The translations under genes were made by a program, and so were the position numbers. The notes below the pieces were generated by a model. The model ran no database searches, was not told the origin of the DNA, and worked only from the letters and a program-made list of their open reading frames with translations. Shown piece after piece: positions 49,659 to 59,174 of a stretch of DNA of 64,000 nucleotides. Each line of letters opens with the position of its first letter. The stretch's first letter is position 1. The stretch comes from Thermodesulfobacteriota bacterium (GTDB taxonomy: Bacteria; Desulfobacterota_D; UBA1144; Nemesobacterales; Mycalebacteriaceae): assembly GCA_965205855.1 (NCBI GenBank), contig OZ242184.1, positions 288,001 through 352,000 on the forward strand, in the 5' to 3' direction.

Positions 49659-50822
49659 GTGAGCGGATTTTGCGCAAAAGGCATAAAAACACGGCTTGGA
49701 ATTCTCGGTGGCGGCCAGCTTGGCAAGATGCTGTGCCTTGCCGCAGCCGAATGGAATTTGCCGACAATGATTCTTGACCCTTCGGGCGACTGTCCGGCGT
49801 CTTCGGTCTGCTCGGATTTTACAAAGGGGGATTTCAAAAATGCCTCCGATGTGATGAATTTCGGACACGGCGCGGACATGTTGACCATAGAGATAGAGCA
49901 TGTGAACACGGACGCGCTCAAGACTCTTGAGCGCGATGGAACGATGACAAATCCCTCGCCTGAAGTTATTTCGCTTATACAGGACAAGGGGCTTCAGAAA
50001 CAGTTTTACTCGGAGCGGGGGATTCCCTCGCCGGATTTCTCCCTTTTTGACACTCCGCGTGAGATTGCGGATGCGGTTGCGGGCGGCGCGCTCAAACTTC
50101 CTTTTGTGCAGAAACTTCGCACAAGCGGCTATGACGGGCGGGGTGTATCGGTTGTCCGTTCGGAGTCTGACCTCGGGCGGCTTCTTGACGGCCCTTCGGT
50201 TGTTGAAACCTTTGTTGACATAGAAAGAGAACTGTCGGTTATCGTGGCGCGCAACGGGAGCGGGCAGACCGCATGTTTTCCGCCTGTTGAGTTGATATTC
50301 AACAGCGAGGCAAACCTTGTGGAGTATCTTGTTTGTCCCGTGGAGAATGTTGACCCCGTGGCACTTACGGAGGCGGAGAAAATTGCGCTTGAGATTGCGG
50401 ATTCTCTGTCGCTGCGGGGAATAATAGCGGTTGAGATTTTTCTTTCCACAGACGGGCGGGTTATGGTTAACGAGGCCGCTCCGCGTCCGCACAACAGCGG
50501 ACATCACACAATAGAGGCGTGCGTGACATCGCAATACGAGCAGTGCCTTCGCGCCGTGCTGGATTTGCCGCTTGGCGGCACGGCTCTTAAAACTCCGTCT
50601 GTTATGGTTAACATTCTGGGCAAGCCGGGGTATGAGGGGGAAGCGATATACAGCGGATTGGATGAGTGCATGAGGGTGAGCGGGGCGAGCTTTCACATCT
50701 ACGGAAAGACGCGCACAAAACCATTCAGAAAGATGGGGCATGTTACGGTTACCGACAGGGATATAAAAAATGCTTTGACAAAGGCGCGGTTCATAAAACA
50801 AAATCTTAGGGTGGTGTCATGA
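49659..50822 (+). CDS. purK: N5-CAIR synthase
   Basis: GILGGGQLGKM, QDKGLQK, GYDGRG, NEAAPRPHNSGH, RKMGH. Confidence 0.97.
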   Translation: MSGFCAKGIKTRLGILGGGQLGKMLCLAAAEWNLPTMILDPSGDCPASSVCSDFTKGDFKNASDVMNFGHGADMLTIEIEHVNTDALKTLERDGTMTNPSPEVISLIQDKGLQKQFYSERGIPSPDFSLFDTPREIADAVAGGALKLPFVQKLRTSGYDGRGVSVVRSESDLGRLLDGPSVVETFVDIERELSVIVARNGSGQTACFPPVELIFNSEANLVEYLVCPVENVDPVALTEAEKIALEIADSLSLRGIIAVEIFLSTDGRVMVNEAAPRPHNSGHHTIEACVTSQYEQCLRAVLDLPLGGTALKTPSVMVNILGKPGYEGEAIYSGLDECMRVSGASFHIYGKTRTKPFRKMGHVTVTDRDIKNALTKARFIKQNLRVVS

Positions 50823-51340
50823 GCAAACCGGTTGTAAGCGTTGTTATGGGTTCTGATTCGGACCTTGGGGTTATGAAAAAGGCGGCGGCCTTTCTTGAGG
50901 GTTTGGGAGTTCCCGTTGAGGTTACAATCGTGAGCGCTCACAGAACCCCGCAGCGGCTTTTTGATTTTGCGCAAAACGCGCACACGCGCGGGATAGATGT
51001 AATCATTGCCGGCGCGGGAGGCGCGGCGCATCTGCCCGGAATGATAGCGTCTATTTCCCCGCTTCCGGTTATCGGCGTGCCGATTAACTCTTCAAACTCC
51101 ATTGACGGTGTGGATTCGGTTCTTTCAATTCTCCAGATGCCCGCTGGTGTTCCGGTTGCGACTGTTGCCGTTGACGGCGGCGAGAATGCGGGAATTCTCG
51201 CGGCGGAGATTCTTGCGGTGAAAGCCCCCGCGCTTCGGGATAAAATTGTTGAGTTTAAAAAGGGACTTGCGGACGGCGTGAGGAAGAAGTTTGAACGGCT
51301 TGAGAAAGAGGGTTATGTGGAGTATTTGAAAGGGAAATGA
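50819..51340 (+). CDS. purE: N5-CAIR mutase
   Basis: MGSDSD, SAHRTP, GAGGAAHLPGM, QMPAGVPVATV. Confidence 0.98.
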   Translation: MSKPVVSVVMGSDSDLGVMKKAAAFLEGLGVPVEVTIVSAHRTPQRLFDFAQNAHTRGIDVIIAGAGGAAHLPGMIASISPLPVIGVPINSSNSIDGVDSVLSILQMPAGVPVATVAVDGGENAGILAAEILAVKAPALRDKIVEFKKGLADGVRKKFERLEKEGYVEYLKGK

Positions 51341-51939
51341 CTTGGAAAGAGTTTGTTTATGATTTAGTAGTTCAACACTGCGAAAGGAGTGGTGAGAGAG
51401 CTTTTACCCTTCAAGAGCTTCAGAAGCAAAACAAAGACGAAATTTCCGGTTTCAGAGATAAGGCAAAAACTCCGAACGCGACAGTAAGAAGAGTCCTTCA
51501 AGAATTAAGGGACGTTGACCTTATAGCGTTTAAAAGCAAAGGGGAATATTGTTTACGAGGACAGGATTTGCCAATTCTGCAAGCCGGAGCGGAAGATGAG
51601 AGCCTTATTGAGATAATTAAAAAATCTCCCGTGGAAAAGAGAGAATATTTTTTTGAGGTATTTGTCAGAGACGCCTCTTGGAAAACAAAAGCCACAAAGG
51701 TTTTCGGTTTTGACTGTTTACTACCAAAATGCGTTAATTCATTCATCAAAGAGGACGGAACGCCTTATATTGAGGTTCATCACATTAAGTCTCTTTGCGA
51801 AGGCGGAGAGAATAATATTGGGAATTTATCTGTTGTGTGCGCGCACCATCACAGGATGGCGCATTATGCGGATGTCCGCACACGGGAAGATATTCAAAAC
51901 ATATTGATTGAGAAAAACGGAAGTATCATTTCCGATTGA
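51337..51939 (+). CDS. Winged-helix plus HNH endonuclease
   Basis: FTLQEL...TVRRVLQELRD..LIAF..KGEY; YIEVHHIKSLCEGG...NLSVVCAHHHRMAH. Confidence 0.8.
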   Translation: MTWKEFVYDLVVQHCERSGERAFTLQELQKQNKDEISGFRDKAKTPNATVRRVLQELRDVDLIAFKSKGEYCLRGQDLPILQAGAEDESLIEIIKKSPVEKREYFFEVFVRDASWKTKATKVFGFDCLLPKCVNSFIKEDGTPYIEVHHIKSLCEGGENNIGNLSVVCAHHHRMAHYADVRTREDIQNILIEKNGSIISD

Positions 51940-51941
51940 AG

Positions 51942-52127
51942 TTACTGAAAATTGTCAATAATTGTGGAAAGGTCTTTGATGCAATATCTTTCAATGACTT
52001 TTCCGTCCAGCCAAATCCATAGTTCCTCTCCGTCAAAATCCAGTTCGTCATACGGTTCGTTGGTTGTTTTGAAATAGCGATAGATTGAATTCCATTGTTT
52101 TGAGATTGTGTCGTTAGTCTTGTGCAT
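51942..52127 (-). CDS. Small hypothetical protein at the end of the R-M operon
   Basis: ATG two bases after the MTase stop; 61 aa. Confidence 0.55.
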   Translation of the reverse strand: MHKTNDTISKQWNSIYRYFKTTNEPYDELDFDGEELWIWLDGKVIERYCIKDLSTIIDNFQ

Positions 52128-52128
52128 T

Positions 52129-53016
52129 TTAAGCCCGCCGTAAAGTTTTTCTTCTTTTTGCAGGGGTTTCTAAAAGTCTTGGCTGATTCTGCAAAGCCTC
52201 TTTTTCCATGTCGGGATATTTTTTGTCTCTGATAAATTTCTGTTTGTATTTTATATCTATAAAGCCATTTTTCTCTATGCGTTCCAGTATCATTTTATGG
52301 TACTTCTTGTTTGTCTCACAGGACAGAAAGTTTCTCTTGAGGTTTTTTGTGAGGATTATTTCGGAACCGCTTCCGCCAAAAAGAATAAACACATTATCCT
52401 TTTCCACAGTGCAGGATTTGATAAGCATTTCAACAAGAGGCAGTGGAATCTGGCAGGAATGAAAGGTTTTGTCTTTTGAAACATTTTTTACTAAGTCAAA
52501 GTAAAACCATGAATAGGGCATTCTGCCTTTGTGTCCTTCTGCAATTCTTTGTTTTATCCTTCTGTCTTCGGGGTTTTGATATGGAACCGCCACTTGGTCT
52601 TTGTAGAAGTTATTGTCCTTCGTTTTTGTCGCGTGAAGTATTGAGCGGTGTGCTGTGGTAAAACGCTTTTTTGAATGCCCAACGTTTGTATTGTAAACCC
52701 AAGCGTAATCGTGAACTTCATAAGCTGCTTCATCAAGAAAATTAACCCGAAGATATGAGTTTTGTTTTGGATAGTTAAGCAGAAAAAGATTTCCTTCTGG
52801 TTTTAAAACTCGCAAGCTTTCTTTTGCGAGCTCCGAATACCAGGCAATATAAGATTGCCAAGCCTTTCTGTGTTTTTCTCCTCCAGCGTAAACTATGCCG
52901 ACATTGTAGTCAGGGTCTCCATAGACCATATCAAGACAGTTGTCTGGGAGTTTTTTTAAGACTTTTAGAACATCCTCATTGACAACGGAGTTTCTGTATT
53001 TGTTCGGCAATCTCAT
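52129..53016 (-). CDS. Beta-class amino-DNA methyltransferase
   Basis: DVLKVLKKLPDNCLDMVYGDPDYN, HSCQIP, LFGGSGS. Confidence 0.88.
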   Translation of the reverse strand: MRLPNKYRNSVVNEDVLKVLKKLPDNCLDMVYGDPDYNVGIVYAGGEKHRKAWQSYIAWYSELAKESLRVLKPEGNLFLLNYPKQNSYLRVNFLDEAAYEVHDYAWVYNTNVGHSKKRFTTAHRSILHATKTKDNNFYKDQVAVPYQNPEDRRIKQRIAEGHKGRMPYSWFYFDLVKNVSKDKTFHSCQIPLPLVEMLIKSCTVEKDNVFILFGGSGSEIILTKNLKRNFLSCETNKKYHKMILERIEKNGFIDIKYKQKFIRDKKYPDMEKEALQNQPRLLETPAKRRKTLRRA

Positions 53017-53807
53017 TTATTTACCAATTTGTACTCTGCGGCTTTTAAAAGTTGTATTGAAGTCATGTCGCCTGGTTTTTTAAATGAGTAAAGATAAAGT
53101 CTCAAAACAGATTCGTTTTCAACATTGTCTCTTAACAGATAGCAACAGTTTATTTGTTTCATCTCAAGACCTTCTTCTTTTTTTAGGTCTGAAAAATAAA
53201 CAAAAGGAATATAGATTTGATAAACAGCAAAATCACCCAAAAAACCGTTTTTACCTTCAACGACAGTTACTACTCCGTTGTGTTCAAAAGTCTGGTCTAT
53301 TTCCATTTGTAAGTTTGTGGTCTTTATTTTTTGCTTGCCTACATTATAGGAGATAGTTTTCTTGGTTCTTCTTGATTGATACACTTTCGCTTCTATATTC
53401 TCATTTCCGTAAAGGAAGTGATGAGTTATTCTCTGGTTGAATGCTACAGATAGAATGTTACTTTCGCTTGTATCATACTCATTGAGCAAACTTTTTCTGT
53501 ATGTCCAGTTTTGGATATTCTTTTCGGGAATCGTTTCAAATTTGTGATAGCCATTTTTGATGCCTTTCACAAATTGGTGCTTACCTTCGCCCAAATGTAA
53601 GATGAAGAAATCTTTTGCTTTCAGAAGTTCGGGAAGTTTTTCGGTTGAGTCAATTTTTGTTACATCAAACGGGTTTCCAAACCCAACTTCTTTTGAAATT
53701 TCCTTTACGAGGTCATTGTGGAAAACAAAGTGTTTCTTCTGTAGACAATGTTGCAAAAGCTTCGTTTGCAACTGTTTTTTCTTACCTTCTATTTTTTCTT
53801 TAGTCAA
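53013..53807 (-). CDS. Putative type II PD-(D/E)xK restriction endonuclease
   Basis: QMEID...VVEGKN...FAVYQIYIPF; overlaps the MTase start. Confidence 0.7.
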   Translation of the reverse strand: MTKEKIEGKKKQLQTKLLQHCLQKKHFVFHNDLVKEISKEVGFGNPFDVTKIDSTEKLPELLKAKDFFILHLGEGKHQFVKGIKNGYHKFETIPEKNIQNWTYRKSLLNEYDTSESNILSVAFNQRITHHFLYGNENIEAKVYQSRRTKKTISYNVGKQKIKTTNLQMEIDQTFEHNGVVTVVEGKNGFLGDFAVYQIYIPFVYFSDLKKEEGLEMKQINCCYLLRDNVENESVLRLYLYSFKKPGDMTSIQLLKAAEYKLVNK

Positions 53808-53882
53808 AGATGTATCTCTCTGGCGTGTTCTTCAATATTAGAAGACCCGTTGACTCAAATAATGTCTTATTCTACCTTACCC

Positions 53883-54347
53883 TCACAACCGTGCGTCAAA
53901 CTCAAACGGCAGTTTTTTTACCTTCTTAACCACCTGTTCAAAACCCGTATGCTGCGGGTTCAGTATATAAATCCATTCTCCTGACACAACCGCGCTTGGC
54001 ACGGCAAGGGCGAGGGTTTTCTTTTTCCAGAGCCAAAAGTCGCCGATTATTGCGGTTTCTTGCGGCGACGGGTTGGCTCGCCAGTTACTTGGCAGTTGTT
54101 TTTGTTTCAAATACAACACATCTTTTTCCGGTATTTGCAATTCAAACAAACAGTATCTGTCCATTTTGATATTCCTTCTCTGATGCACAAACACTTCAAG
54201 AATCGCCAGAGACTCCGAACCGGCTGTATAGACGCACGTTGTTCCTATGCTGCTCCACCTTCCGCCAAATTCTTCAGTTCCTTCACCGCTGAACGCAACG
54301 GTTGAATACTCGTCTTTGACAAGCCGGTAAATGTTGAAAACTTTCAA
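53883..54347 (-). CDS. RES-domain toxin
   Basis: YRL, FSGEG..FGGRW, YTAGSESLAILE, VPSAVV, LNPQH, FDARL. Confidence 0.92.
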   Translation of the reverse strand: MKVFNIYRLVKDEYSTVAFSGEGTEEFGGRWSSIGTTCVYTAGSESLAILEVFVHQRRNIKMDRYCLFELQIPEKDVLYLKQKQLPSNWRANPSPQETAIIGDFWLWKKKTLALAVPSAVVSGEWIYILNPQHTGFEQVVKKVKKLPFEFDARL

Positions 54348-54778
54348 ACAAAAATCCCGTGCTCAAGACACCCTATCAAATTCAGAATCTGGTCGCTCTC
54401 AACCGATGTTCCGAGCAAATCAACGGGCTTTTTGTATCCGAGACCGCGAACGGGATGAGTTAGCCAATCCATTGCCGCCTCTTTGTCGCCCGCGAAAAGC
54501 CCCGTTGCCGCTTCCAGAACTTTGACAAACCTGTATAGACGGTCGCTCTCGTTTTTGTTGAACCTTCCAGCCTTTGCCCGCCGCTGAAGTGTGGCGGGAG
54601 AAATTAACGTTATTCTCGCAAGCTCTTTTTTATCAAGCCCGGAAATGGCGGAGAGTTTGTTGTAAATCTGATAGGAAAACCCTTCATTCAACGCCTCATG
54701 CAACTTTGCCCCTTGCCGGGGAACTCCGGTTGCATACCATATATCTTTGTTTTTCTCTTCTGCCGCTATCTTGCGTAT
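54344..54778 (-). CDS. Xre/MbcA/ParS antitoxin (start codon uncertain)
   Basis: TLQRRAKAGRFNKNESDRLYRF, WLTHPVRGLGYKKPVDLL, LEHGIFV; frame open to ATA 54778, track start TTG 54703. Confidence 0.88.
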   Translation of the reverse strand: MRKIAAEEKNKDIWYATGVPRQGAKLHEALNEGFSYQIYNKLSAISGLDKKELARITLISPATLQRRAKAGRFNKNESDRLYRFVKVLEAATGLFAGDKEAAMDWLTHPVRGLGYKKPVDLLGTSVESDQILNLIGCLEHGIFV

Positions 54779-54799
54779 CCTTCACTTGATATATTAGCA

Positions 54800-55744
54800 T
54801 TATATCAAATGATACAACGAAGACAAGCTCGCGACTTCAATCAATTCCATAATTTTTTTGATTTCTCTGTCTCTTGTCGCTATATCCACAATCAGCGCGG
54901 TCATTATCATCAGCATATAGATGATTGACGCCCCAAACGCAGTTTCATATCCTCTGCCCCTGACCGCGCACCTTATAACCATGAAGTTGAAGTAGATGCC
55001 AAGGGCAAGCGCGGCGGCGGCAAAGTAGGCGGTCGCCATTCCGGTAAGAAACATTGTAAGGGTCAGTGGAATAAGTGAGATTGAATAGAGAACAATCAGA
55101 ATGTTTGTGTATTTTTCACCGAACGCCACAGGAAGAACGTCAATTCCGGCTTTTTCATATTCATGGCTGTATTTCTGCGCAAGTGCCCAGAAGTGCGGCG
55201 GTTGCCACAACATCATAAAAATAAAAAGCAGAAGCGCGTCCGCGCCGATTTCGGGACTGATTGCCGTGTACCCGATAAGCACCGGAAGCGCGCCCGGGAT
55301 TCCGCCGAGAATGGTTCCGAACGGGGAGTTTCTTTTGAGAAACATCGTGTAGAGAACCGTGTAACTCGCCGCGGCAAGGGTGATTAACAAAGCGTTGGGA
55401 AGATTTATCCAGATTGCGGAGACAACTGTCGCGCCTCCCATGAGAATGAATGACAAAACAGCCGCGTTTTTCTCTCCAAGAAGCTCAAGCGCGTTCACTC
55501 TCGCGCAAAGTCTGTCCATAAGTTTGTCGGATTTTCTGTCCAGAAAGTTGTTGAAGATTGCCGAACCGGCCGCCGCAACCATAAGGGTAATGCAACCAAG
55601 CAAGGCGGTTTTTATTTCGGGGATACCACCGCCGGAAAGAACCATCCCGGCAAACCCGGTGAATACGACGCTGAGGATAATTCCCGGTTTTGAGAGGACA
55701 ACCGCTGAAACCACAATTTCCCGAACGGGTTTTTTGCCGTCCAT
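54800..55744 (-). CDS. ctaB: Protoheme IX farnesyltransferase (heme O synthase)
   Basis: LSKPGI, NNFLDRKSDKLMDR, GGIPGALPVLIG, WQPPHFWALA. Confidence 0.95.
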   Translation of the reverse strand: MDGKKPVREIVVSAVVLSKPGIILSVVFTGFAGMVLSGGGIPEIKTALLGCITLMVAAAGSAIFNNFLDRKSDKLMDRLCARVNALELLGEKNAAVLSFILMGGATVVSAIWINLPNALLITLAAASYTVLYTMFLKRNSPFGTILGGIPGALPVLIGYTAISPEIGADALLLFIFMMLWQPPHFWALAQKYSHEYEKAGIDVLPVAFGEKYTNILIVLYSISLIPLTLTMFLTGMATAYFAAAALALGIYFNFMVIRCAVRGRGYETAFGASIIYMLMIMTALIVDIATRDREIKKIMELIEVASLSSLYHLI

Positions 55745-55745
55745 A

Positions 55746-56597
55746 CTAACCAACCGGATTTTCGCCGCTTTCAAACCATTTGAAAAGACTGAACGAAAGA
55801 ATATGCAGCGCAACAAGCAGATGGAGCGCGGTCGCGGCAAACTGAAGCCCCGAATGAATCATACCGACACCGATGACGACTTGAAGAAACACCGAGCCGA
55901 GAATCACATATGCGGCTTTTCGCATTTTGCTCCCGGCGTATGTGTGGGAGAAAACCGCCATACCGATTGCGAATAACGCTATGAGATATCCGAGGGCTCT
56001 GTGGAAGAAGTGATAAAGCACCACGCCGGAAAGGTCGGGCGGAATCCACACTCCGAGGCATTTGGGGAAGTCAGCTCCACAGGCAAGCCCCGCGTCCGAG
56101 TGGCGCACAAACGCGCCGGCAACCGCCTGAAAAAGAACAAGCGCGGCGAAGGCAAACCACATTCCGTAAATTCCCGATGTTGAAAGCCCGTTTCGGGGAC
56201 TGGTCTCAAAACGGCTCATGTAAACCGTTATGCAGAAGATAAGAGCCGCGTTGGCGAAATGGACGGTTGTCAGGTCGGTCGGCAGTTTGAGCAAAACCAC
56301 CGAGCCACCGAGCCCAATCTGGACAACAAGCAGAAAAATCGCGAGAGCCGGAAGCAGTTTCGCGGCTCCCGTGTATGACCTTATACGCCTTGCGGAAAGC
56401 CAGATTATAACAACCGCCGTGAATGCCCCGATAATGCGGTGGAGAAACTCGGCGTAGATATCCCAGCGCAAAGGCGGGAGAATCTTGCCGTGACAGAGAG
56501 GCCAGTCCGGACAGGCGAGACCCACCTTTAGCCCCGCGACGATGTTTCCCCAGACCAGAAGAATGACAAGGGATATTAAAGCCAGTCTGGAAAGCAT
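55746..56597 (-). CDS. ctaA: Heme A synthase
   Basis: GLACPDWPLCHG, EFLHR, GLACGADFPKC, HFFHR. Confidence 0.92.
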   Translation of the reverse strand: MLSRLALISLVILLVWGNIVAGLKVGLACPDWPLCHGKILPPLRWDIYAEFLHRIIGAFTAVVIIWLSARRIRSYTGAAKLLPALAIFLLVVQIGLGGSVVLLKLPTDLTTVHFANAALIFCITVYMSRFETSPRNGLSTSGIYGMWFAFAALVLFQAVAGAFVRHSDAGLACGADFPKCLGVWIPPDLSGVVLYHFFHRALGYLIALFAIGMAVFSHTYAGSKMRKAAYVILGSVFLQVVIGVGMIHSGLQFAATALHLLVALHILSFSLFKWFESGENPVG

Positions 56598-56914
56598 CAG
56601 TTCACCGCCGGAATACGACTGAAGTTTTCCATCAGAGTTGTTCCTATGAGCAACAGAAGCAGGAAGATCGGATATATCGCGTATACCCAGGTGAGTTTGT
56701 CCTCAAATTTCAAATGCATAAAATAAAGCGCCACTATGCCTGCCTTTACCGAGGCAATCAACATGGCGATTATGATGTTTAGTTGACCGCCCAAATCAAT
56801 GCTTGCGGTCCACAGGGTGAGTGCCGTAAGCGCCATTAGTGCGCCCCAGACAACAAAATACTGCAATGTTCCGTGCGAGTGTTCTTCGGGGTTTGTATTG
56901 TTTTGCGACGACAT
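56597..56914 (-). CDS. Cytochrome c oxidase subunit IV
   Basis: IASVKAGIVALYFMHLKFE. Confidence 0.9.
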   Translation of the reverse strand: MSSQNNTNPEEHSHGTLQYFVVWGALMALTALTLWTASIDLGGQLNIIIAMLIASVKAGIVALYFMHLKFEDKLTWVYAIYPIFLLLLLIGTTLMENFSRIPAVN

Positions 56915-56926
56915 TTTTTCCTCCGT

Positions 56927-57532
56927 TCAACCTATTAAATACAGCAGTGGAAAAAGGTATATCCAGATCAGGTCCACAAGGTGCCAATAGAGCCCGCCAA
57001 GCTCAATTGGCGTGTTGTATTCGGCGCTAAAAACTCCCCTTCGGGTAAGGACAAACAGTACGCCGAGAAGAATGATTCCGATAAATACATGGATCATATG
57101 TAACCCTGTCATGAGAAAATAGAGAGCAAAAAACACGCTTGTGCTCGGATATATGTGATGGCTGAACTTCGCTCCGTATTCAAAGTATTTATTCACTCCA
57201 AAGGCGAAAGCGCACAGGATTGTTATGCCGAGAAAAAGAAGAACTTTTCTCTGTTCGCCCTTTTTTGAAGCGGCAACCGCAAGTGCCATTGTCAGACTGC
57301 TGAAGATAAGAACAACCGTGTTTATCGCGCCGAGTTTTACATTCAACTCAAAGTGCTGTTCGTGGAAAAGTTCCGGGAATTTCGCGCGGAAAAGCGCGTA
57401 GGCGGCGAAAAGCCCGCCGAAAAGCAGAACCTCAGTTCCAAGAAACAACCACATTCCGAGCTTGGAAGATTGGTATTCCGTAACCGGGTCAAGTTCGTGG
57501 CTCTGGTGCGCGGTTTTATATTGTTCAGACAT
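56927..57532 (-). CDS. ctaE: Cytochrome c oxidase subunit III
   Basis: GMWLFLGTE, NTVVLIFSS, TGLHMIHV, GLYWHLVDLIW. Confidence 0.95.
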   Translation of the reverse strand: MSEQYKTAHQSHELDPVTEYQSSKLGMWLFLGTEVLLFGGLFAAYALFRAKFPELFHEQHFELNVKLGAINTVVLIFSSLTMALAVAASKKGEQRKVLLFLGITILCAFAFGVNKYFEYGAKFSHHIYPSTSVFFALYFLMTGLHMIHVFIGIILLGVLFVLTRRGVFSAEYNTPIELGGLYWHLVDLIWIYLFPLLYLIG

Positions 57533-59146
57533 TTATTTTTTCTCTCCGTATCCGTAAGTCCAGTCCGTAAAGGTTGGCACTTCGTCAAAATTCTCATGCG
57601 GCGGCGGAGACTCCGTCTGCCACTCTGGAGACAGGGACTCATAGGGGTTTCTGCCCGCTTTTTCCCCTTTGGTAATTCCGTGCAAAAAGTTTGCGAACAT
57701 AAGGATTATCCCGATTGCCAGAATCCATGAACCGTAGGTTGAAACCAGGTGTCCGTAAGTGAACTCGTCCGGATAACTTGCGTATCTGCGCGGCATTCCC
57801 TGAGTGCCCATTATGTGATGTATGAAGAAAGTTACATTGAATCCGATAAAGATCAGAAACCACGCGATTTTTGCCACTGTCTCATTGAAGTTTCTGCCGA
57901 ACATCTTTGGAAACCAGAAGTGAAGCGCACCGAAAAACGCCATAACTGTGCCGCCGAACATAACGTAGTGCATATGCCCCACGACAAAATATGTGTCATG
58001 CAGGTGAACATCCGCGGCGAGCGCTCCGAGAAACACTCCCGTGAGCCCTCCGACAAGGAAGAGAAATATGAAGGAAAGCGCGTAAAGCATCGGTGACGCG
58101 AGCAGTATGGAACCCTTGTACAGAGTGGCCAGCCAGTTGAACACCTTTATCGCCGTGGGGATCGCGACAAGCATTGTTATGAATGAAAACACCTGAGCTG
58201 CGAGAACGGAAATTCCGCTTACAAACATATGGTGCATCCACACAAGGAAGCTGATTACCGCAATTCCGAAACTTGAAAACGCCATGGCTTTGTAGCCGAA
58301 TATGGGTTTTTTTGAAAACACCGGAATAATTTCCGAGATGACTCCCATGCCCGGAATGATCATTATGTAGACCGCGGGATGGGAGTAAAACCAGAAGAAG
58401 TTTTGCAGAAGAATCGGGTCTCCCCCCTTGGCGGGGTCAAAAAACCCGATGTCCAGCGTTCTTTCCGCAATTAGAAGAAGCAGGGTGATTCCCACAACCG
58501 GAGTCGCCAGAAGCTGGAGTATGGACGTCGCGTAGGACGCCCATATGAAAAGAGGCAGTCTCCCCCATGTCATTCCGGGAGCCCTGAGTTTGTGGATTGT
58601 TACTATAAAATTCAACCCGGTCAAAATTGACGAAAATCCCAGAACAAAAATGCCGGCGGTGATAAGGATGACATTTGTTCCCGTTTTCACGCTGTAGGGA
58701 GCGTAGAAAGTCCAGCCCGTGTCAACCGTGTCGCCGAGAAGTGCGTAAAGTAGAACCGCTGTTCCCGCAAGGTATATCCAGTAACTTGCTATGTTCAGTT
58801 TCGGAAACGCGACATCTCTCGCTCCTATCATCAGGGGTATGAGAAAGTTTCCGAAAGACGCGGCAAGACCGGGAACAATAAAGAAAAACACCATTACCGA
58901 GCCGTGAAGAGTAAACAGAACGTTGTATGTATGGGGGCTGAAAATATCACTCTCAGGGGTGGCAAGCTCATACCGCATCAAAAGGGCGATAATTCCCGCG
59001 AAGGCGAAAAAGAAAAGCAGGCTCGCAAGATACATCACCCCGATGCGTTTATGATCGGTTGATGTCAGCCACTGCCACAGTCCGCTTCCTCCGTGGGAGA
59101 AATAGGGCGTGTGCTGCGCCTTTTGAGAATAGTGATTGTCTGTCAT
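57533..59146 (-). CDS. ctaD: Cytochrome c oxidase subunit I, A2 type
   Basis: TDHKRIG, GWTFYAP, FWFYSHPAVY, WMHHM, HDTYFVVGHMH, GMPRR. Confidence 0.98.
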   Translation of the reverse strand: MTDNHYSQKAQHTPYFSHGGSGLWQWLTSTDHKRIGVMYLASLLFFFAFAGIIALLMRYELATPESDIFSPHTYNVLFTLHGSVMVFFFIVPGLAASFGNFLIPLMIGARDVAFPKLNIASYWIYLAGTAVLLYALLGDTVDTGWTFYAPYSVKTGTNVILITAGIFVLGFSSILTGLNFIVTIHKLRAPGMTWGRLPLFIWASYATSILQLLATPVVGITLLLLIAERTLDIGFFDPAKGGDPILLQNFFWFYSHPAVYIMIIPGMGVISEIIPVFSKKPIFGYKAMAFSSFGIAVISFLVWMHHMFVSGISVLAAQVFSFITMLVAIPTAIKVFNWLATLYKGSILLASPMLYALSFIFLFLVGGLTGVFLGALAADVHLHDTYFVVGHMHYVMFGGTVMAFFGALHFWFPKMFGRNFNETVAKIAWFLIFIGFNVTFFIHHIMGTQGMPRRYASYPDEFTYGHLVSTYGSWILAIGIILMFANFLHGITKGEKAGRNPYESLSPEWQTESPPPHENFDEVPTFTDWTYGYGEKK

Positions 59147-59174
59147 TTTGTCCGTTTCTCCTTCTGTTACGTTT

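Noticed and set aside
49638-50801. 387-aa minus-strand ORF, and the 368-aa ORF at 7708-8814
   Set aside because: Exact antisense of purK and gltB; no recognisable motifs.
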